Shown piece by piece: positions 1-10,626 of a stretch of DNA of 64,000 nt. Numbering within the stretch: the stretch's first letter is position 1; the number at the start of each line of letters is the position of its first letter. The DNA comes from a bacterium. Lineage in GTDB: Bacteria > Zhuqueibacterota > Zhuqueibacteria > Residuimicrobiales > Krinioviventaceae. The position numbers were made by a program, and so were the translations under genes. Under the pieces are notes generated by a model that saw nothing but the letters and a program-made list of their open reading frames with translations, searched no databases and had not been told where the DNA came from. The DNA lies in NCBI GenBank assembly GCA_963675755.2, contig CAXXMD010000003.1, positions 3,104,001-3,168,000 on the forward strand, given 5' to 3'.

Positions 1-1
1 A

Positions 2-733
2 CAGCAGATGGCACAAGCAAGCCAAACCCTTGCTCAAGGTGCATCTGAACAGGCAAGTAACATTGAAGAAGTTTCAAGCAGCATGCAGGAAATGAATGCA
101 ATGACACGTCAGAATAGCGCCACTGCAAAAGAAGCACTAAATTTATCCAAAGAGTCAAGGCAAACCGCTGAAAAATCATCTGCAAGTATGAACAAATTGT
201 CAGATGCGATTCAACGTATCAAGGACTCTTCTGATGAGACATCGAAAATAATAAAGACGATTGATGAAATTGCATTTCAGACGAATCTGCTGGCATTAAA
301 TGCGGCTGTCGAAGCTGCCCGAGCCGGTGAAGCGGGTAAAGGATTTGCTGTTGTTGCGGAAGAAGTACGTAACCTTGCAATGCGTAGTGCTGATGCAGCT
401 CGGGAAACTTCGGAGATGATTGAAGCAGCAATCAGAAATTCTGACGATGGAGTAAATCTTAATCAGGAAGTTACCAATTCTTTGCAGGAAATGATTGTTC
501 AGGTTAATAAAATTGAGGAACTTGTAGAAGATATCTCTGCAGCAAGTGAACAGCAGAGTGAAGGGATTGAACAGGTAACCAATGCTATTGAACAGATGAC
601 AAGTGTTACGCAGCAGAATTCTGCAAATTCAGAAGAAACCGCAAGTGTTGCTGAAGAGCTTACTAGCCAGGCAACAGTTATGAAAGAGATGGTTGCAGAA
701 TTTAAACTTTCGAATAAATTATCTCATATTTAA
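2..733 (+). CDS. Methyl-accepting chemotaxis protein, C-terminal signalling domain (5' end outside window)
   Basis: Signature [40 protein letters not shown]; frame is open from the window edge. Confidence 0.95.
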   Translation, partial: QQMAQASQTLAQGASEQASNIEEVSSSMQEMNAMTRQNSATAKEALNLSKESRQTAEKSSASMNKLSDAIQRIKDSSDETSKIIKTIDEIAFQTNLLALNAAVEAARAGEAGKGFAVVAEEVRNLAMRSADAARETSEMIEAAIRNSDDGVNLNQEVTNSLQEMIVQVNKIEELVEDISAASEQQSEGIEQVTNAIEQMTSVTQQNSANSEETASVAEELTSQATVMKEMVAEFKLSNKLSHI

Positions 734-864
734 TCTTTTACTTTATCTCAACCTAATGATAACAGGTTTTATGTGCAAAATAATGGTGATAACGGAATAG
801 CAGATTCCTTTTGATGAGGATGACGCATTTGATGGATTTTAGGGATAACAAGAGGTAAATATTT

Positions 865-900
865 GGGGCTATTTCAGAAATTGAAATAGCCCCTTTTTTT
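865..900 (+). terminator. Intrinsic terminator between convergent genes
   Basis: GGGGCTATTTCA-gaaat-TGAAATAGCCCC followed by a T run. Confidence 0.8.
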
Positions 901-3685
901 ATTTATTTTTTTCTGCTCTGATCTTGTCTTCTTTAATACTGTTTTCCAGCATATCAGCAGGATGATCAAGGATTGGGGAGTCTGCAACGGCTTTCCAATT
1001 GAAATTTTCATCAAAGGGGTCCAGTGCTTTCTGTGGATCAAATATGCGCATGTCTGGCGCAAGTGCGTTATAAGGGTTAAAATCAGGTTCGTTTGTAAAA
1101 AAGTCTGACATGTCTGATGCACCCGCATCGTATTGGTTCAAATAGGGGAGGCCTAAAATATGCCAGAATGTTTTAAATATGCTGCCAAAACTGTAATGTA
1201 CATGGCTGACATAATTCTTTTTAACCCAGGGAGAGATCACCATTAACAGGCTTCGGTGCGCATCAATATGATCAACGCCGCCCTGTGAATCATCTTCGGT
1301 AATGACGATTGCCATATTTTTCCAATAGGGGGTATGAGATAGAAATTCAATCATGCGGCCAACGGCCAGATCGTTATCTACCATATAGCTTTCTCTAAAG
1401 GGGTAGCCATCTTTTGGACGCTCACCTGAACCATGATCATTGGGGACCATGATTGTAATTACAGACGGCATGGTTTTTCCTTCACCCATCCATCTATCAT
1501 TGAATTCTTTGAGGAACATGTCGATACGGAACTGGTCTGGGATACCTGTGTTGTAGGTGGCATATATTTTTGATGATTTGTCATATATTGGTGCCGGAAC
1601 CGGATAGTTTACAACATAACGAACGCCGGTGTATTTGAAAACATTTTCGCCATACGAGGGAGCAAGCTCAAGCCCGAATCCAAAATTAAAGAAATCGATC
1701 TTGTTACGTTCCAGATGGTCCCAAATTGAACCTGCTTCGTTATAGTCTTCAGGATAGATTGCACCGGTAGCGCCTACAAACGCAAGGTTGCCGGGAGCTG
1801 CTGAGCCCTGGCGCATTCTTCTTCCACCGCCATAACTTGCAGATACACTTGTCTCCACCCACTCGTTGGGGTATGTATTGACCAGCCAGCGATGACCATC
1901 TGCCGAGTGGTCAGAATCGCAATAGAAATTATCAGAAATTGCAAATCGTTTAGCCAGTTCAAGGTGATTACGCATTACGGTTGCATTTTCTACAGATCTT
2001 TTTTTATCATCGCTTTTGAAATTAACACCCGCCCCATATCGTGCAAGTGAGGGTTCGCCATTTCCATTTTCTACCTGACCAAAAACTTCGTCATATGTTC
2101 GGTTTTCTTTGGATACAAATACAATATGTTTGATTGGTGACTCTTTTTGTCCGGGAAAGAGGGGAATGGGATTGTCACCGCGGTTTTGAACAGCCTTTTC
2201 TGTGACTTGTTCAAAGTTGAAATTGTTCTCTACAACCTTTTGCGTAAGCGATTTTAATTCGCCATCCGCGGGTATGTCCATTATCGTAACAGTACCTTTC
2301 ATCAATCTGCCAATATTACTACCTTCGGGTCCCGGATCAAATGCAGGTCCGCCATTAGGACCACTTCCAAAACCTTTGGCATTGGCAACAATGAGTTTTT
2401 TCCCGTCTTTGCTCACTCTGATTTTGGATGGAAACCAACCTGCGGGAATGTGCCCCAGCACTTTCATCTTTTCTATATCCAGAACACCAACAGCATTGAT
2501 ACCTGATTCTGCAACATACAGGCGTTTATTGTCCGGTGATAATGCCAGACCAAAAGGAATTACACCCCTGAGCTGGCCCAGACGTTTGTCTACAGATAAA
2601 GAAATGTTTTGCACAACCGTGTCTTGTTGAGTATCGATAACGGAAATACAATCGTTATTACCGTTGCTTACAAATATATATCGTTCTGTTGCCACAACCG
2701 AATTGGGGCTGGCACCGCCAACTGCGGGAAAATCTTCAACCATTTCACCTACGAGTATGCCTGTTTTTACTTTTGCGGTTACTTTGGGTGGGGTCTGTTC
2801 CAGATCCACTTTCCAAACGGAAAAGGATTCAGGAACATTCGGGTCACCCAGGCCAGGTACTTTAACCGAGTCCGTATCAATACCATCTCGTGCTTCTTTC
2901 GTATTGTAAGCAAATGGCGGGTAATGCAGGGCAGTGCCTTGCATATTTTTCGGATCAACGCTGCTGATATATTTGTATTCAAACATACCTACGTTGGCTA
3001 CCCATGCATGTTTGCCATCGGGTGACAGGGTAATTCCAAAAGGATACCGGCCGGTGGGTACATTGTATTTAATTTTTTGGGTTTGTGTATCGATGACCAA
3101 TAAACGAAAGTTGATTTGATCTACCGCATAAAGGGTAGAGCCATCATGGCTCAAAACCATATCGCCAATATAGCCATGAGTAAAGTCAACAGCTTTATCT
3201 TTGTAACTGCATTCAATCTGTCCTTTGGATTCACCGGTTGCTACATCAAACATGAAAATTCGATTTTCCTGACCGCCTGCAACATATACGGTTTTGTTAT
3301 CAGGAGTGATTGCGAGTCCCATAAATACAGCTGCAAGGGTACCGTTGTCATTTTCAACACCGGGAGGTACTTGTTGAATATCCGGTTCGTCACTGGTGAC
3401 ATTTCGCAACAGTGTTATGGAAAAGGGACGCGTACCCGAGTTGGCTGTAACTGCAACACTGCCATCGGGGCTAAGCGTTAATCCATACGGATGCGGGGCA
3501 ACCGTATAGGTTTTACCCAAAGGGGTTACAATTCGACCATTGGGTATAATGGTTTCACCCTGCTTGTTAATTTGGGTGATCTCTTTCCCTGCGGGTGCAG
3601 AGACAGTCCATTTTTTATTATTTTGTGATCCACATGATATTGTGAATAGTACAACTAGAAACAGCAAAAAAACAATTTTTTTCAT
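899..3685 (-). CDS. Lipoprotein: YVTN/YncE beta-propeller fused to a phosphoesterase (alkaline phosphatase superfamily) domain
   Basis: Start moved to ATG 3685 (GGAGG RBS, lipobox TISC); propeller repeats HPYGLTLSPDG and YPFGITLSPDG; KENRTYDEVFG and TEDDSQGGVDH phosphoesterase motifs. Confidence 0.85.
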   Translation of the reverse strand: MKKIVFLLFLVVLFTISCGSQNNKKWTVSAPAGKEITQINKQGETIIPNGRIVTPLGKTYTVAPHPYGLTLSPDGSVAVTANSGTRPFSITLLRNVTSDEPDIQQVPPGVENDNGTLAAVFMGLAITPDNKTVYVAGGQENRIFMFDVATGESKGQIECSYKDKAVDFTHGYIGDMVLSHDGSTLYAVDQINFRLLVIDTQTQKIKYNVPTGRYPFGITLSPDGKHAWVANVGMFEYKYISSVDPKNMQGTALHYPPFAYNTKEARDGIDTDSVKVPGLGDPNVPESFSVWKVDLEQTPPKVTAKVKTGILVGEMVEDFPAVGGASPNSVVATERYIFVSNGNNDCISVIDTQQDTVVQNISLSVDKRLGQLRGVIPFGLALSPDNKRLYVAESGINAVGVLDIEKMKVLGHIPAGWFPSKIRVSKDGKKLIVANAKGFGSGPNGGPAFDPGPEGSNIGRLMKGTVTIMDIPADGELKSLTQKVVENNFNFEQVTEKAVQNRGDNPIPLFPGQKESPIKHIVFVSKENRTYDEVFGQVENGNGEPSLARYGAGVNFKSDDKKRSVENATVMRNHLELAKRFAISDNFYCDSDHSADGHRWLVNTYPNEWVETSVSASYGGGRRMRQGSAAPGNLAFVGATGAIYPEDYNEAGSIWDHLERNKIDFFNFGFGLELAPSYGENVFKYTGVRYVVNYPVPAPIYDKSSKIYATYNTGIPDQFRIDMFLKEFNDRWMGEGKTMPSVITIMVPNDHGSGERPKDGYPFRESYMVDNDLAVGRMIEFLSHTPYWKNMAIVITEDDSQGGVDHIDAHRSLLMVISPWVKKNYVSHVHYSFGSIFKTFWHILGLPYLNQYDAGASDMSDFFTNEPDFNPYNALAPDMRIFDPQKALDPFDENFNWKAVADSPILDHPADMLENSIKEDKIRAEKNK

Positions 3686-3929
3686 AATTCCTCCATTTTT
3701 GCCAATACAGTAACATACTGTAATGTAAAACAATTTCCAATAACATGTTTTGTTTAAATTACAAGTTTTTCTTTTTTTTACTTGATTTTTAATACTTTTT
3801 TCATTTTTATAAGGACAGGGGTTTTGTTGATCCAAACATTAACAAAATCAACCAACCGCAGCACCGGCATTACAATTATAATTAATCATTAATGTTGTAG
3901 GAATGCAGTAGAGTCTATGGAGGGCTTTT

Positions 3930-5198
3930 ATGAGACTTTTAGCAGTATTCTTATTGGGGGTATGGTTATGTTTTACCTGCCCGGTGTTTTCTCAATTATC
4001 AGAATGTCGTATTGATTTCAATACCGCAGGAGATGGTGCAGATGTCTATGGCGGCAATACCTGGAATTTGAAAACGTATGCTGTAAGTACTGGTTTGGCT
4101 TTGACCAATATTGATGGGAGTTCAGCAGTTGGAGCTACTGTTCGTCTTGAAAATTTAGACGATAAATTGCCAAATGGCTGTTGGAGTTTGGGATCGGTGG
4201 ATTGGATCCATTCAGCTTCTGGTGAAGGGGCTGATCAATTGTTTTATACATCTGCAGCAGATATTCAATCTTTTATCCGATTAGAGAATCTGGTAGATGG
4301 ATACTATCGTATTGATCTGGTTGTAAGTTATTCTTATACAGGCACCTATTATAGCAGTGATTATCAGATCGGCAGCAATTATGGTGTTGTACGAGAACCG
4401 GGTGGAGACATTGTTAGTGGTATGACCGGTCAGGGATTTAATCCCAATGCAGGATATAATGATGGCAGGTATATATCGTGGTCGGATATTGTGCCGGATG
4501 ATGGATCAATCTCTGTACAAATATCCGGCAGTAACCATAACATGATTAATGCATTGCGAATTATTTACACGGGAGATTTATCTTTACCTGTAGATCTTTC
4601 CATGATGCGGGCGCAATGGAAAGGAAACAGTCTTTTGATTGAATGGTGCACTGCAAGTGAACAAGATAACCTGGGATTTGAAATACATCGCTCCTGTTCT
4701 GAGGTGGGCGGGTTTGAAAGGATTGCCAGTTATTTGGATCGTTCCGAATTGATGAGTAAAGGCAATTCAACAACGATCAGTCAATATTCCTATACGGATC
4801 TTGATGCCAATTTTGATGACTACTATTGGTACAAAATAGTTGATGTGGATATTGCCGGTAATCGCACAGAGCATGGACCATTCAAAGTTCAAACTGAGGG
4901 AGAGCAAGCAAAGCACCTTGATCAGTTTGAAATCTATCCGTGTTATCCCAATCCTTTTAATCCGGTGACACGAATCGACTTTGAGCTGCCTGGTGATCAA
5001 TATACGCAAATTACAATTTTCAATGTATTAGGAAAACCCGTATGTGAATTGGTCAATAGTCAATTATCGGCCGGTAGACATTCAGTTACATGGGACGCCA
5101 AAGATTCAAATGGAAATGAGATAGCAGGTGGTGTGTATTTTGTACATGTGTCGAGTGGTTCGTTCAGTGAGGTGACAAAAATTATATACTTGAAATAA
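3930..5198 (+). CDS. Secreted protein with T9SS/FlgD-like C-terminal sorting domain
   Basis: Signal peptide; LPVDL...W.TASEQDNLGFEI module; YPNPFNP...GVYFVHV C-terminal domain. Confidence 0.8.
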   Translation: MRLLAVFLLGVWLCFTCPVFSQLSECRIDFNTAGDGADVYGGNTWNLKTYAVSTGLALTNIDGSSAVGATVRLENLDDKLPNGCWSLGSVDWIHSASGEGADQLFYTSAADIQSFIRLENLVDGYYRIDLVVSYSYTGTYYSSDYQIGSNYGVVREPGGDIVSGMTGQGFNPNAGYNDGRYISWSDIVPDDGSISVQISGSNHNMINALRIIYTGDLSLPVDLSMMRAQWKGNSLLIEWCTASEQDNLGFEIHRSCSEVGGFERIASYLDRSELMSKGNSTTISQYSYTDLDANFDDYYWYKIVDVDIAGNRTEHGPFKVQTEGEQAKHLDQFEIYPCYPNPFNPVTRIDFELPGDQYTQITIFNVLGKPVCELVNSQLSAGRHSVTWDAKDSNGNEIAGGVYFVHVSSGSFSEVTKIIYLK

Positions 5199-5263
5199 CA
5201 TCTGTTGCATTTTAATGGATTAGTCATTATTTTCATCCTTGTACCACAATTTGGAGTTAAAGA

Positions 5264-5581
5264 ATGGCCTGGTTTTTTCTTTTTATTGCCGGTGTGATGG
5301 AGATTACCTGGGTGTTGGGGATGAAGTTTTCAGAGGGTTTTAGCAGACTCTGGCCAAGTATAATGACAGTTATTGCAATGACTTTTAGTATGTATTTTTT
5401 ATCTCGTGCTATCAAGGTAATTCCCATTGGGACCGGTTACGCGGTTTGGACCGGAATTGGGGCAGCAGGCACTGCAATTATTGGTATGCTGTATTTTGAC
5501 GAGTCCCGATCTTTTTTGCGGATGATTTGTATTGTGTGCATTGTATTTGGGATTGTAGGGCTCAAAGTGTTTTCAAAATAG
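5264..5581 (+). CDS. sugE: SMR-family exporter (SugE/Gdx type)
   Basis: 105 aa, 4 TM; MAW..L.IAG.ME..W and IPIGTGYAVWTGIG motifs. Confidence 0.85.
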   Translation: MAWFFLFIAGVMEITWVLGMKFSEGFSRLWPSIMTVIAMTFSMYFLSRAIKVIPIGTGYAVWTGIGAAGTAIIGMLYFDESRSFLRMICIVCIVFGIVGLKVFSK

Positions 5582-5590
5582 GCTGAAATA

Positions 5591-6070
5591 ATGGAATTAT
5601 TACAAAATGGTTTTGTATATCTGGTTCCGGTTCTGCTGCCTAACCTGATTTGGCTTTTTTTCTCAAATCATGATGAAATTGGTGAAGTAAAGGAAAGTCA
5701 AAAAACAATTTACAAGAATTTATCGATTCTTGAGAATGTTGGGCGCATTGGGATTTTTATTATACCCTTGTTTGGCAATGTTTTAATTGATCAATATTAC
5801 CCCTATTTTGCAATAATGCTTTTTATTGGATTATTTATTTATTATGCCGGCTGGATACGGTATTTTATTAATGAACGGAAACCAGAATATTTGTATTGTT
5901 CTTTATGGAATCTACCATATCCTCTGGCTGTAGCTCCTGTGTTTTATTTTATGCTATTATCATTATTAATTCTTTCAATACCTATGCTTCTTTTTTCTAT
6001 AGTGTTTGGGATTGCACATGTATTGAAAAGCAGGATAGATTATAATTTATTGCTGGATCAAAAAGAATAA
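5591..6070 (+). CDS. Hypothetical membrane protein
   Basis: 159 aa with several hydrophobic segments; tight operon spacing. Confidence 0.7.
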   Translation: MELLQNGFVYLVPVLLPNLIWLFFSNHDEIGEVKESQKTIYKNLSILENVGRIGIFIIPLFGNVLIDQYYPYFAIMLFIGLFIYYAGWIRYFINERKPEYLYCSLWNLPYPLAVAPVFYFMLLSLLILSIPMLLFSIVFGIAHVLKSRIDYNLLLDQKE

Positions 6071-6089
6071 AAAAAGTCAGGATGTAGTT

Positions 6090-7349
6090 ATGAATTCTCG
6101 TGATCGTATCCAATGTACTCTGTACAATAAAGAACCGGATATTCTGCCTGTTGATTTTGGTGGCGGGCCTGTAACCGGTATTGCTGTTCAGGTTGTGTAT
6201 CAGCTTCGGCAGAGATTGGGTTTGGACAATCCGGGAACTCCGGTTAAAGTAATTGAGCCTTATCAAATGCTGGGTGAAATCAAACCGGATTTGCAGGACG
6301 CATTGGGATTAGATGTGATTTCTGTAAATAACAACGGAACTATGTTTGGATTTGATCTGGTTGATTGGAAGGAATGGACTACTCCTGATGGAACGCCTGT
6401 ATTGGTGCCGGGATTATTTAATACACAAAAAGATGAGAATGGTGCTATACTTCAATATCCCAAAGGAAATACCCAATTACAGCCTTGTGCAAAAATGCCC
6501 AAAAGTAGCTATTTTTTTGATGCAATTGATCGTCAGTTGCCTATTGATGAAGAAACGCTGGACCCTAAAGACAATCTGGAAGATTTTTCTCTTTTAAAAC
6601 AAACGGAAATCGATCATTATAAGACAGAAACAAATCGTTTGTTTACCGAAACAGATAAAGCCATTTACAGCACTTTACCCGGAGTAAGCTTTGGTGATGT
6701 TGCTCTGGTACCGGGATTGTTTCTGGAGAATCCCAAAGGGGTACGTAGTGTTGAAGAGTGGTATATGAGCTCCTTAATTCGTCCCGATTATATCAAGGCT
6801 GTTTATGAACAGCAGACCGAGATTGCTTTGCAGAATTTGAAAACTTTGTATGATACTATCGGTAATAAAATTTCTGTTATTCAGATTAACGGTACGGATT
6901 TCGGAACACAGAATGGTCCTTTTTGCTCCAAAGCGCAATACCGTGACATGTATTTACCCTATCAGAAAAAACTAAACGATTGGATCCACGCAAATACCCA
7001 ATGGAAAACATTTATTCATAGCTGCGGGGGAATTTACCCCTTGTTGGATGAAATTGCAGAAGCAGGATTTGATATCTTGAATCCTGTGCAAAGTACTGCC
7101 AAAGATATGGAATTGGCACGTTTAAAAAAAGAATATGGAGATACCTTTGTATTCTGGGGTGGTGGTGTAGACACGCAGAATATATTTCCTTTTGGTACGC
7201 CAGAACAGGTTAAAGAAGATGTTAAACAACGAATAGAGATTCTGGGTGATGGCGGTGGATTTGTTTTCAGTACCATACATAATATTGTTGCCAATGCCCC
7301 CATTGATAATGTGTTGGCCATGTTTGAGGTGATTAAAACTTTTCGATAA
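6090..7349 (+). CDS. Uroporphyrinogen decarboxylase-family (MtaA/CmuA-like) protein
   Basis: MNSRDRI start; DFGTQ, HSCG, FWGGGVDTQ and GGGFVFSTIHNI motifs. Confidence 0.85.
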   Translation: MNSRDRIQCTLYNKEPDILPVDFGGGPVTGIAVQVVYQLRQRLGLDNPGTPVKVIEPYQMLGEIKPDLQDALGLDVISVNNNGTMFGFDLVDWKEWTTPDGTPVLVPGLFNTQKDENGAILQYPKGNTQLQPCAKMPKSSYFFDAIDRQLPIDEETLDPKDNLEDFSLLKQTEIDHYKTETNRLFTETDKAIYSTLPGVSFGDVALVPGLFLENPKGVRSVEEWYMSSLIRPDYIKAVYEQQTEIALQNLKTLYDTIGNKISVIQINGTDFGTQNGPFCSKAQYRDMYLPYQKKLNDWIHANTQWKTFIHSCGGIYPLLDEIAEAGFDILNPVQSTAKDMELARLKKEYGDTFVFWGGGVDTQNIFPFGTPEQVKEDVKQRIEILGDGGGFVFSTIHNIVANAPIDNVLAMFEVIKTFR

Positions 7350-7350
7350 A

Positions 7351-7388
7351 AAATCTCTGCATTATTTCGATAAGCAATGCAGAGATTT
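7351..7388. terminator. Hairpin between convergent genes
   Basis: AAATCTCTGCATT...AATGCAGAGATTT inverted repeat. Confidence 0.7.
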
Positions 7389-7404
7389 GAGCAATTACAA
7401 AATC

Positions 7405-8220
7405 TTATCCCAACGCAACATCCAGGGTCATCATGACCGCGAATCCCAGCATGGCTCCAATGGTTGCTATGTCGCTATGCTTGTCGAGTTGCGATTCAGG
7501 AATGAGTTCTTCAACCACAACATAGATCATTGCTCCTGCTGCAAAAGCCAGCGCATAAGGCAGAATGGGGCGCATCTGCAAAACAGCCCAGGCACCCAGC
7601 ACACCCGCTATGGGTTCAACTGTACCGGAAAGCTGACCATACCAGAAACTTTTACGCCTGCTTAATCCTTCTCTACGCAGGGGAACAGATACCGCTGCAC
7701 CTTCAGGAAAGTTTTGAATTCCAATACCAATTGCCAGTGCAACTGCTGCCGCAGTTGTAGCAGAAGGAAGCCCAGCTGCCGCTGCACCAAAAGCAACACC
7801 AACCGCCAGACCTTCCGGGAAATTGTGAATGGTTATTGCCAAAACGAGTAAAATACTCCGCTTCCATGTGGTTTGCGGACCTTCTGCTTCTTCAGTTGGA
7901 AAGCCGGGATGCAGATGTGGAAGTAATCTGTCGATCAACCATAAAAATGCTCCACCACCCAAAAATCCAACCGTTGCAGGGATCCATGCGGGAATTGTCA
8001 TTTGGTTTTCAGCCATTTCTATTGCTGGTGCTAACAAGGACCAATAACTTGCGGCTATCATAACGCCTGCCGCAAAACCCAGCATACCATTTAATATATT
8101 ATGTTTTACAGATTTAAAAAAGAATACCATAGCGGCACCCAGGGCTGTAACAAACCAGGTGAATAATGTGCCGATTAATGCTTGTATAACCGGATCTTGT
8201 TTCGATATGAAATCAATCAT
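7405..8220 (-). CDS. ZIP-family (GufA/ZupT-like) metal transporter
   Basis: [10 protein letters not shown] and IQNFPEG motifs; His-containing loop HLHP. Confidence 0.92.
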   Translation of the reverse strand: MIDFISKQDPVIQALIGTLFTWFVTALGAAMVFFFKSVKHNILNGMLGFAAGVMIAASYWSLLAPAIEMAENQMTIPAWIPATVGFLGGGAFLWLIDRLLPHLHPGFPTEEAEGPQTTWKRSILLVLAITIHNFPEGLAVGVAFGAAAAGLPSATTAAAVALAIGIGIQNFPEGAAVSVPLRREGLSRRKSFWYGQLSGTVEPIAGVLGAWAVLQMRPILPYALAFAAGAMIYVVVEELIPESQLDKHSDIATIGAMLGFAVMMTLDVALG

Positions 8221-8410
8221 TGTAATGTCTCCAAGAATTTTAGAGTATGTAACAGTATAAAAAATGTAAATCTAATATCCAACTTAAAAGTTGGAATTAT
8301 TATTCCATAAAATTCAGTTTATATGATGTAATATAAAAAATTTTTTTTGCATCCAACCCCAACATCCTGCATCTAAATTATAAACACTAGAGAAACAGCA
8401 GGAGAAAAAA

Positions 8411-8989
8411 ATGCTAAAAGCAATTGAAAATGTTGAACAATACCAGCAGGTTGCAGATAAAGAGAATTTTTATATTCTGGCGTTTTATTCAGACGCTTCT
8501 GAAAAAAGTAAACAGGCAATAAATGTACTGGATGATTTAAAGAATGACAATAGCGATACTCCGTTTTACTCAGTTAACGCTTCAACAGTCAAAGATATTC
8601 ATCCCCGGCTGGGTGTGAACAGTGTGCCAACTGTATTGGCTGTCAAAGACGGCAAGATCGTAAAGAATATTCAAGGATTGCAGAACCGCAATCATTATGA
8701 AATGTTGTTATATGATGCACCCGTTAAAAAAGATGGTACTGCAAAACCACGTCATTCTGTAACCGTTTACAGTACACCAACATGTTCCTGGTGTAACCGG
8801 TTAAAACAGCATTTGCGTCAACATAGGGTCATGTTTCGTGATGTTGATGTATCCAGAGACCAGCATGCAGCTCAGGAATTGATGCGACGTACCGGTCAAA
8901 CCGGTGTACCACAAACAGATATTGATGGTCAAATTATAGTAGGATTTGATCAAACACGAATCGATTCATTATTGGGATTAGCGAAATAA
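8411..8989 (+). CDS. Thioredoxin-like domain (no CxxC) fused to a glutaredoxin/NrdH-like domain
   Basis: N-domain with GVNSVPT cis-Pro loop; C-domain YSTPTCSWC...GQTGVPQTDIDG..IVGFD. Confidence 0.85.
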   Translation: MLKAIENVEQYQQVADKENFYILAFYSDASEKSKQAINVLDDLKNDNSDTPFYSVNASTVKDIHPRLGVNSVPTVLAVKDGKIVKNIQGLQNRNHYEMLLYDAPVKKDGTAKPRHSVTVYSTPTCSWCNRLKQHLRQHRVMFRDVDVSRDQHAAQELMRRTGQTGVPQTDIDGQIIVGFDQTRIDSLLGLAK

Positions 8990-9017
8990 TATAAAATTGA
9001 TATGGAGGAAAAGTAAC

Positions 9018-9302
9018 ATGCAAAATATTCAACCCGTAAACGGCAATGTATTGATAGCATTTGAAGACAGCTCGGAAGAAACTACTTCCGGTGGTATTAT
9101 AATACCTGATACTGCTAAAGAAAAACCCAGCGAAGGCGTAATTGCTGGTATAGCTGCCGATGCATCAGAGCAGATTGCTGTGGGTGATCGTGTTATTTAT
9201 AAAGCATATTCCGGGACTGAAGTCTCTTATGAAGGTAAAGACTATTTGATCGTTCCGGTGGGTGATATCCTTGCCAAATATGTAGAGGTAGATGCTATTT
9301 AA
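9018..9302 (+). CDS. groES: Co-chaperonin GroES (no adjacent groEL)
   Basis: IQPVNGNVLI, mobile loop ETTSGGIIIPDTAKEKP, VGDRVIY; ATG 9018 after GGAGG. Confidence 0.9.
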   Translation: MQNIQPVNGNVLIAFEDSSEETTSGGIIIPDTAKEKPSEGVIAGIAADASEQIAVGDRVIYKAYSGTEVSYEGKDYLIVPVGDILAKYVEVDAI

Positions 9303-9334
9303 CTCTAAATACCAAGATTAGAGTTATTGTGAAT

Positions 9335-9368
9335 AAAAAACCGGATTGTTTATCTTTCCGGTTTTTTT
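9335..9368 (+). terminator. Intrinsic terminator after groES
   Basis: AAAAAACCGGA...TCCGGTTTTTTT. Confidence 0.8.
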
Positions 9369-9492
9369 ATTGGGTATTGATTTATGCTGTATGGGCTTTT
9401 AATAATTAATTGTTCAGATAATTCCATTGAATATTATTAAATACTGTTTTATTTTATGTTATATCTGACCATTTAAAAGTGAGGTCCTCCCC

Positions 9493-10590
9493 ATGAAAAA
9501 TAAAACAACCCGTCGGCAATTTTGCAAGTCTGCCCTTGTCGCAACGCCTCTGGTGATGTTGAGTAAAGCATCGGCACAATCTCAATCTACCGGTTTGTCA
9601 AAAAAGCTGGGTATAGCACTGGTAGGATTGGGTTACTATAGTAAAGATTTACTGGCACCAGCCTTGCAAATGACGAAAAATTGTTATCTGGCCGGAATTG
9701 TTTCTTTTCCTATGGATGATCAACAATACTGGATTGATAAATACAATATCCCCCGTAAAAATGTCTATGCGCATACTGATTTTGATGCCATTGCAGATAA
9801 TCCTGATATTGATATCATTTATGTGGTTCTGCCCAACTCGATGCACCACGAGTATACCATCCGTGCGGCAAAAGCCGGCAAGCATGTGATTTGTGAAAAG
9901 CCCATGGCCCTGACGGTTAAAGAATGTCAGGAAATGATTGATGCCTGTAATGATAATCATGTAAGATTGTCTATTGGGTATCGTTTACATTACGAACCCT
10001 ATACACAAGAGGTGATGAGATGTGGGCGAGATAAAGTGTTTGGTGCTATAAAATATGTGCATGCTTCCGCAGGGTATCGAAACGGATCAAAGAAAACCCA
10101 TTGGAAACTGCAAAAAGCTTATGGTGGTGGAGTATTGATGGATATGGGGGTATACTGCATTCAAGGCGCCAGATATACCATTCAGGAAGAACCCATTAGC
10201 GTTACTGCGCAGCAATTTACCTTTGATCCTGAACGTTATGATGAAGTGGATGAAATGGTTACCATGCAATTTGAATTTCCGGGAGGGGCTGTTGCAAATT
10301 TATCCACTACTTTCGCAGCCAGCACAAATACTCTTTACGCAGCGGCTGAAAAAGGATGGTTCGATATGAATCCGTTCTCGCTCTATAATGGATTAACGTT
10401 GCGAACACAGAATGGCCCGGTAAATCTACCGGATATTAATCAGCAGGCCGCACAAATGGATGATGTAGCCTGGAGTATCGCAAAAAAGCTGCCAATGAGG
10501 GTGCCCGGAGAAGAGGGATTGCAGGACATCAAGATCGTTACCGCTGTTAAAAAAGCAATTGAAACCGGGAATAAAGTTGAAATATTGTAG
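9493..10590 (+). CDS. Tat-exported Gfo/Idh/MocA (glucose-fructose oxidoreductase-like) oxidoreductase
   Basis: TRRQF twin-arginine motif; VGLGYY, HVICEKPMA and GGGVLMDMGVY motifs. Confidence 0.9.
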   Translation: MKNKTTRRQFCKSALVATPLVMLSKASAQSQSTGLSKKLGIALVGLGYYSKDLLAPALQMTKNCYLAGIVSFPMDDQQYWIDKYNIPRKNVYAHTDFDAIADNPDIDIIYVVLPNSMHHEYTIRAAKAGKHVICEKPMALTVKECQEMIDACNDNHVRLSIGYRLHYEPYTQEVMRCGRDKVFGAIKYVHASAGYRNGSKKTHWKLQKAYGGGVLMDMGVYCIQGARYTIQEEPISVTAQQFTFDPERYDEVDEMVTMQFEFPGGAVANLSTTFAASTNTLYAAAEKGWFDMNPFSLYNGLTLRTQNGPVNLPDINQQAAQMDDVAWSIAKKLPMRVPGEEGLQDIKIVTAVKKAIETGNKVEIL

Positions 10591-10626
10591 CTTTTACTAT
10601 TATTAATTTATCGAACAGGAGTTTGC

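Noticed and set aside
3686-3835. N-terminal extensions in the ORF track (also at 8997, 26417, 28725, 30436, 38693, 57581)
   Set aside because: Downstream starts have better RBSs and put signal peptides or family N-termini first.
5199-5263. Guanidine riboswitch upstream of sugE/gdx
   Set aside because: The leader is only ~65 bp and AT-rich, with no paired ACGR hairpins or other guanidine-riboswitch features visible.
8349-8376. TGCATC direct repeat upstream of the Trx/Grx-groES operon as a heat-shock or ECF element
   Set aside because: Not a CIRCE element and too short to support a call.
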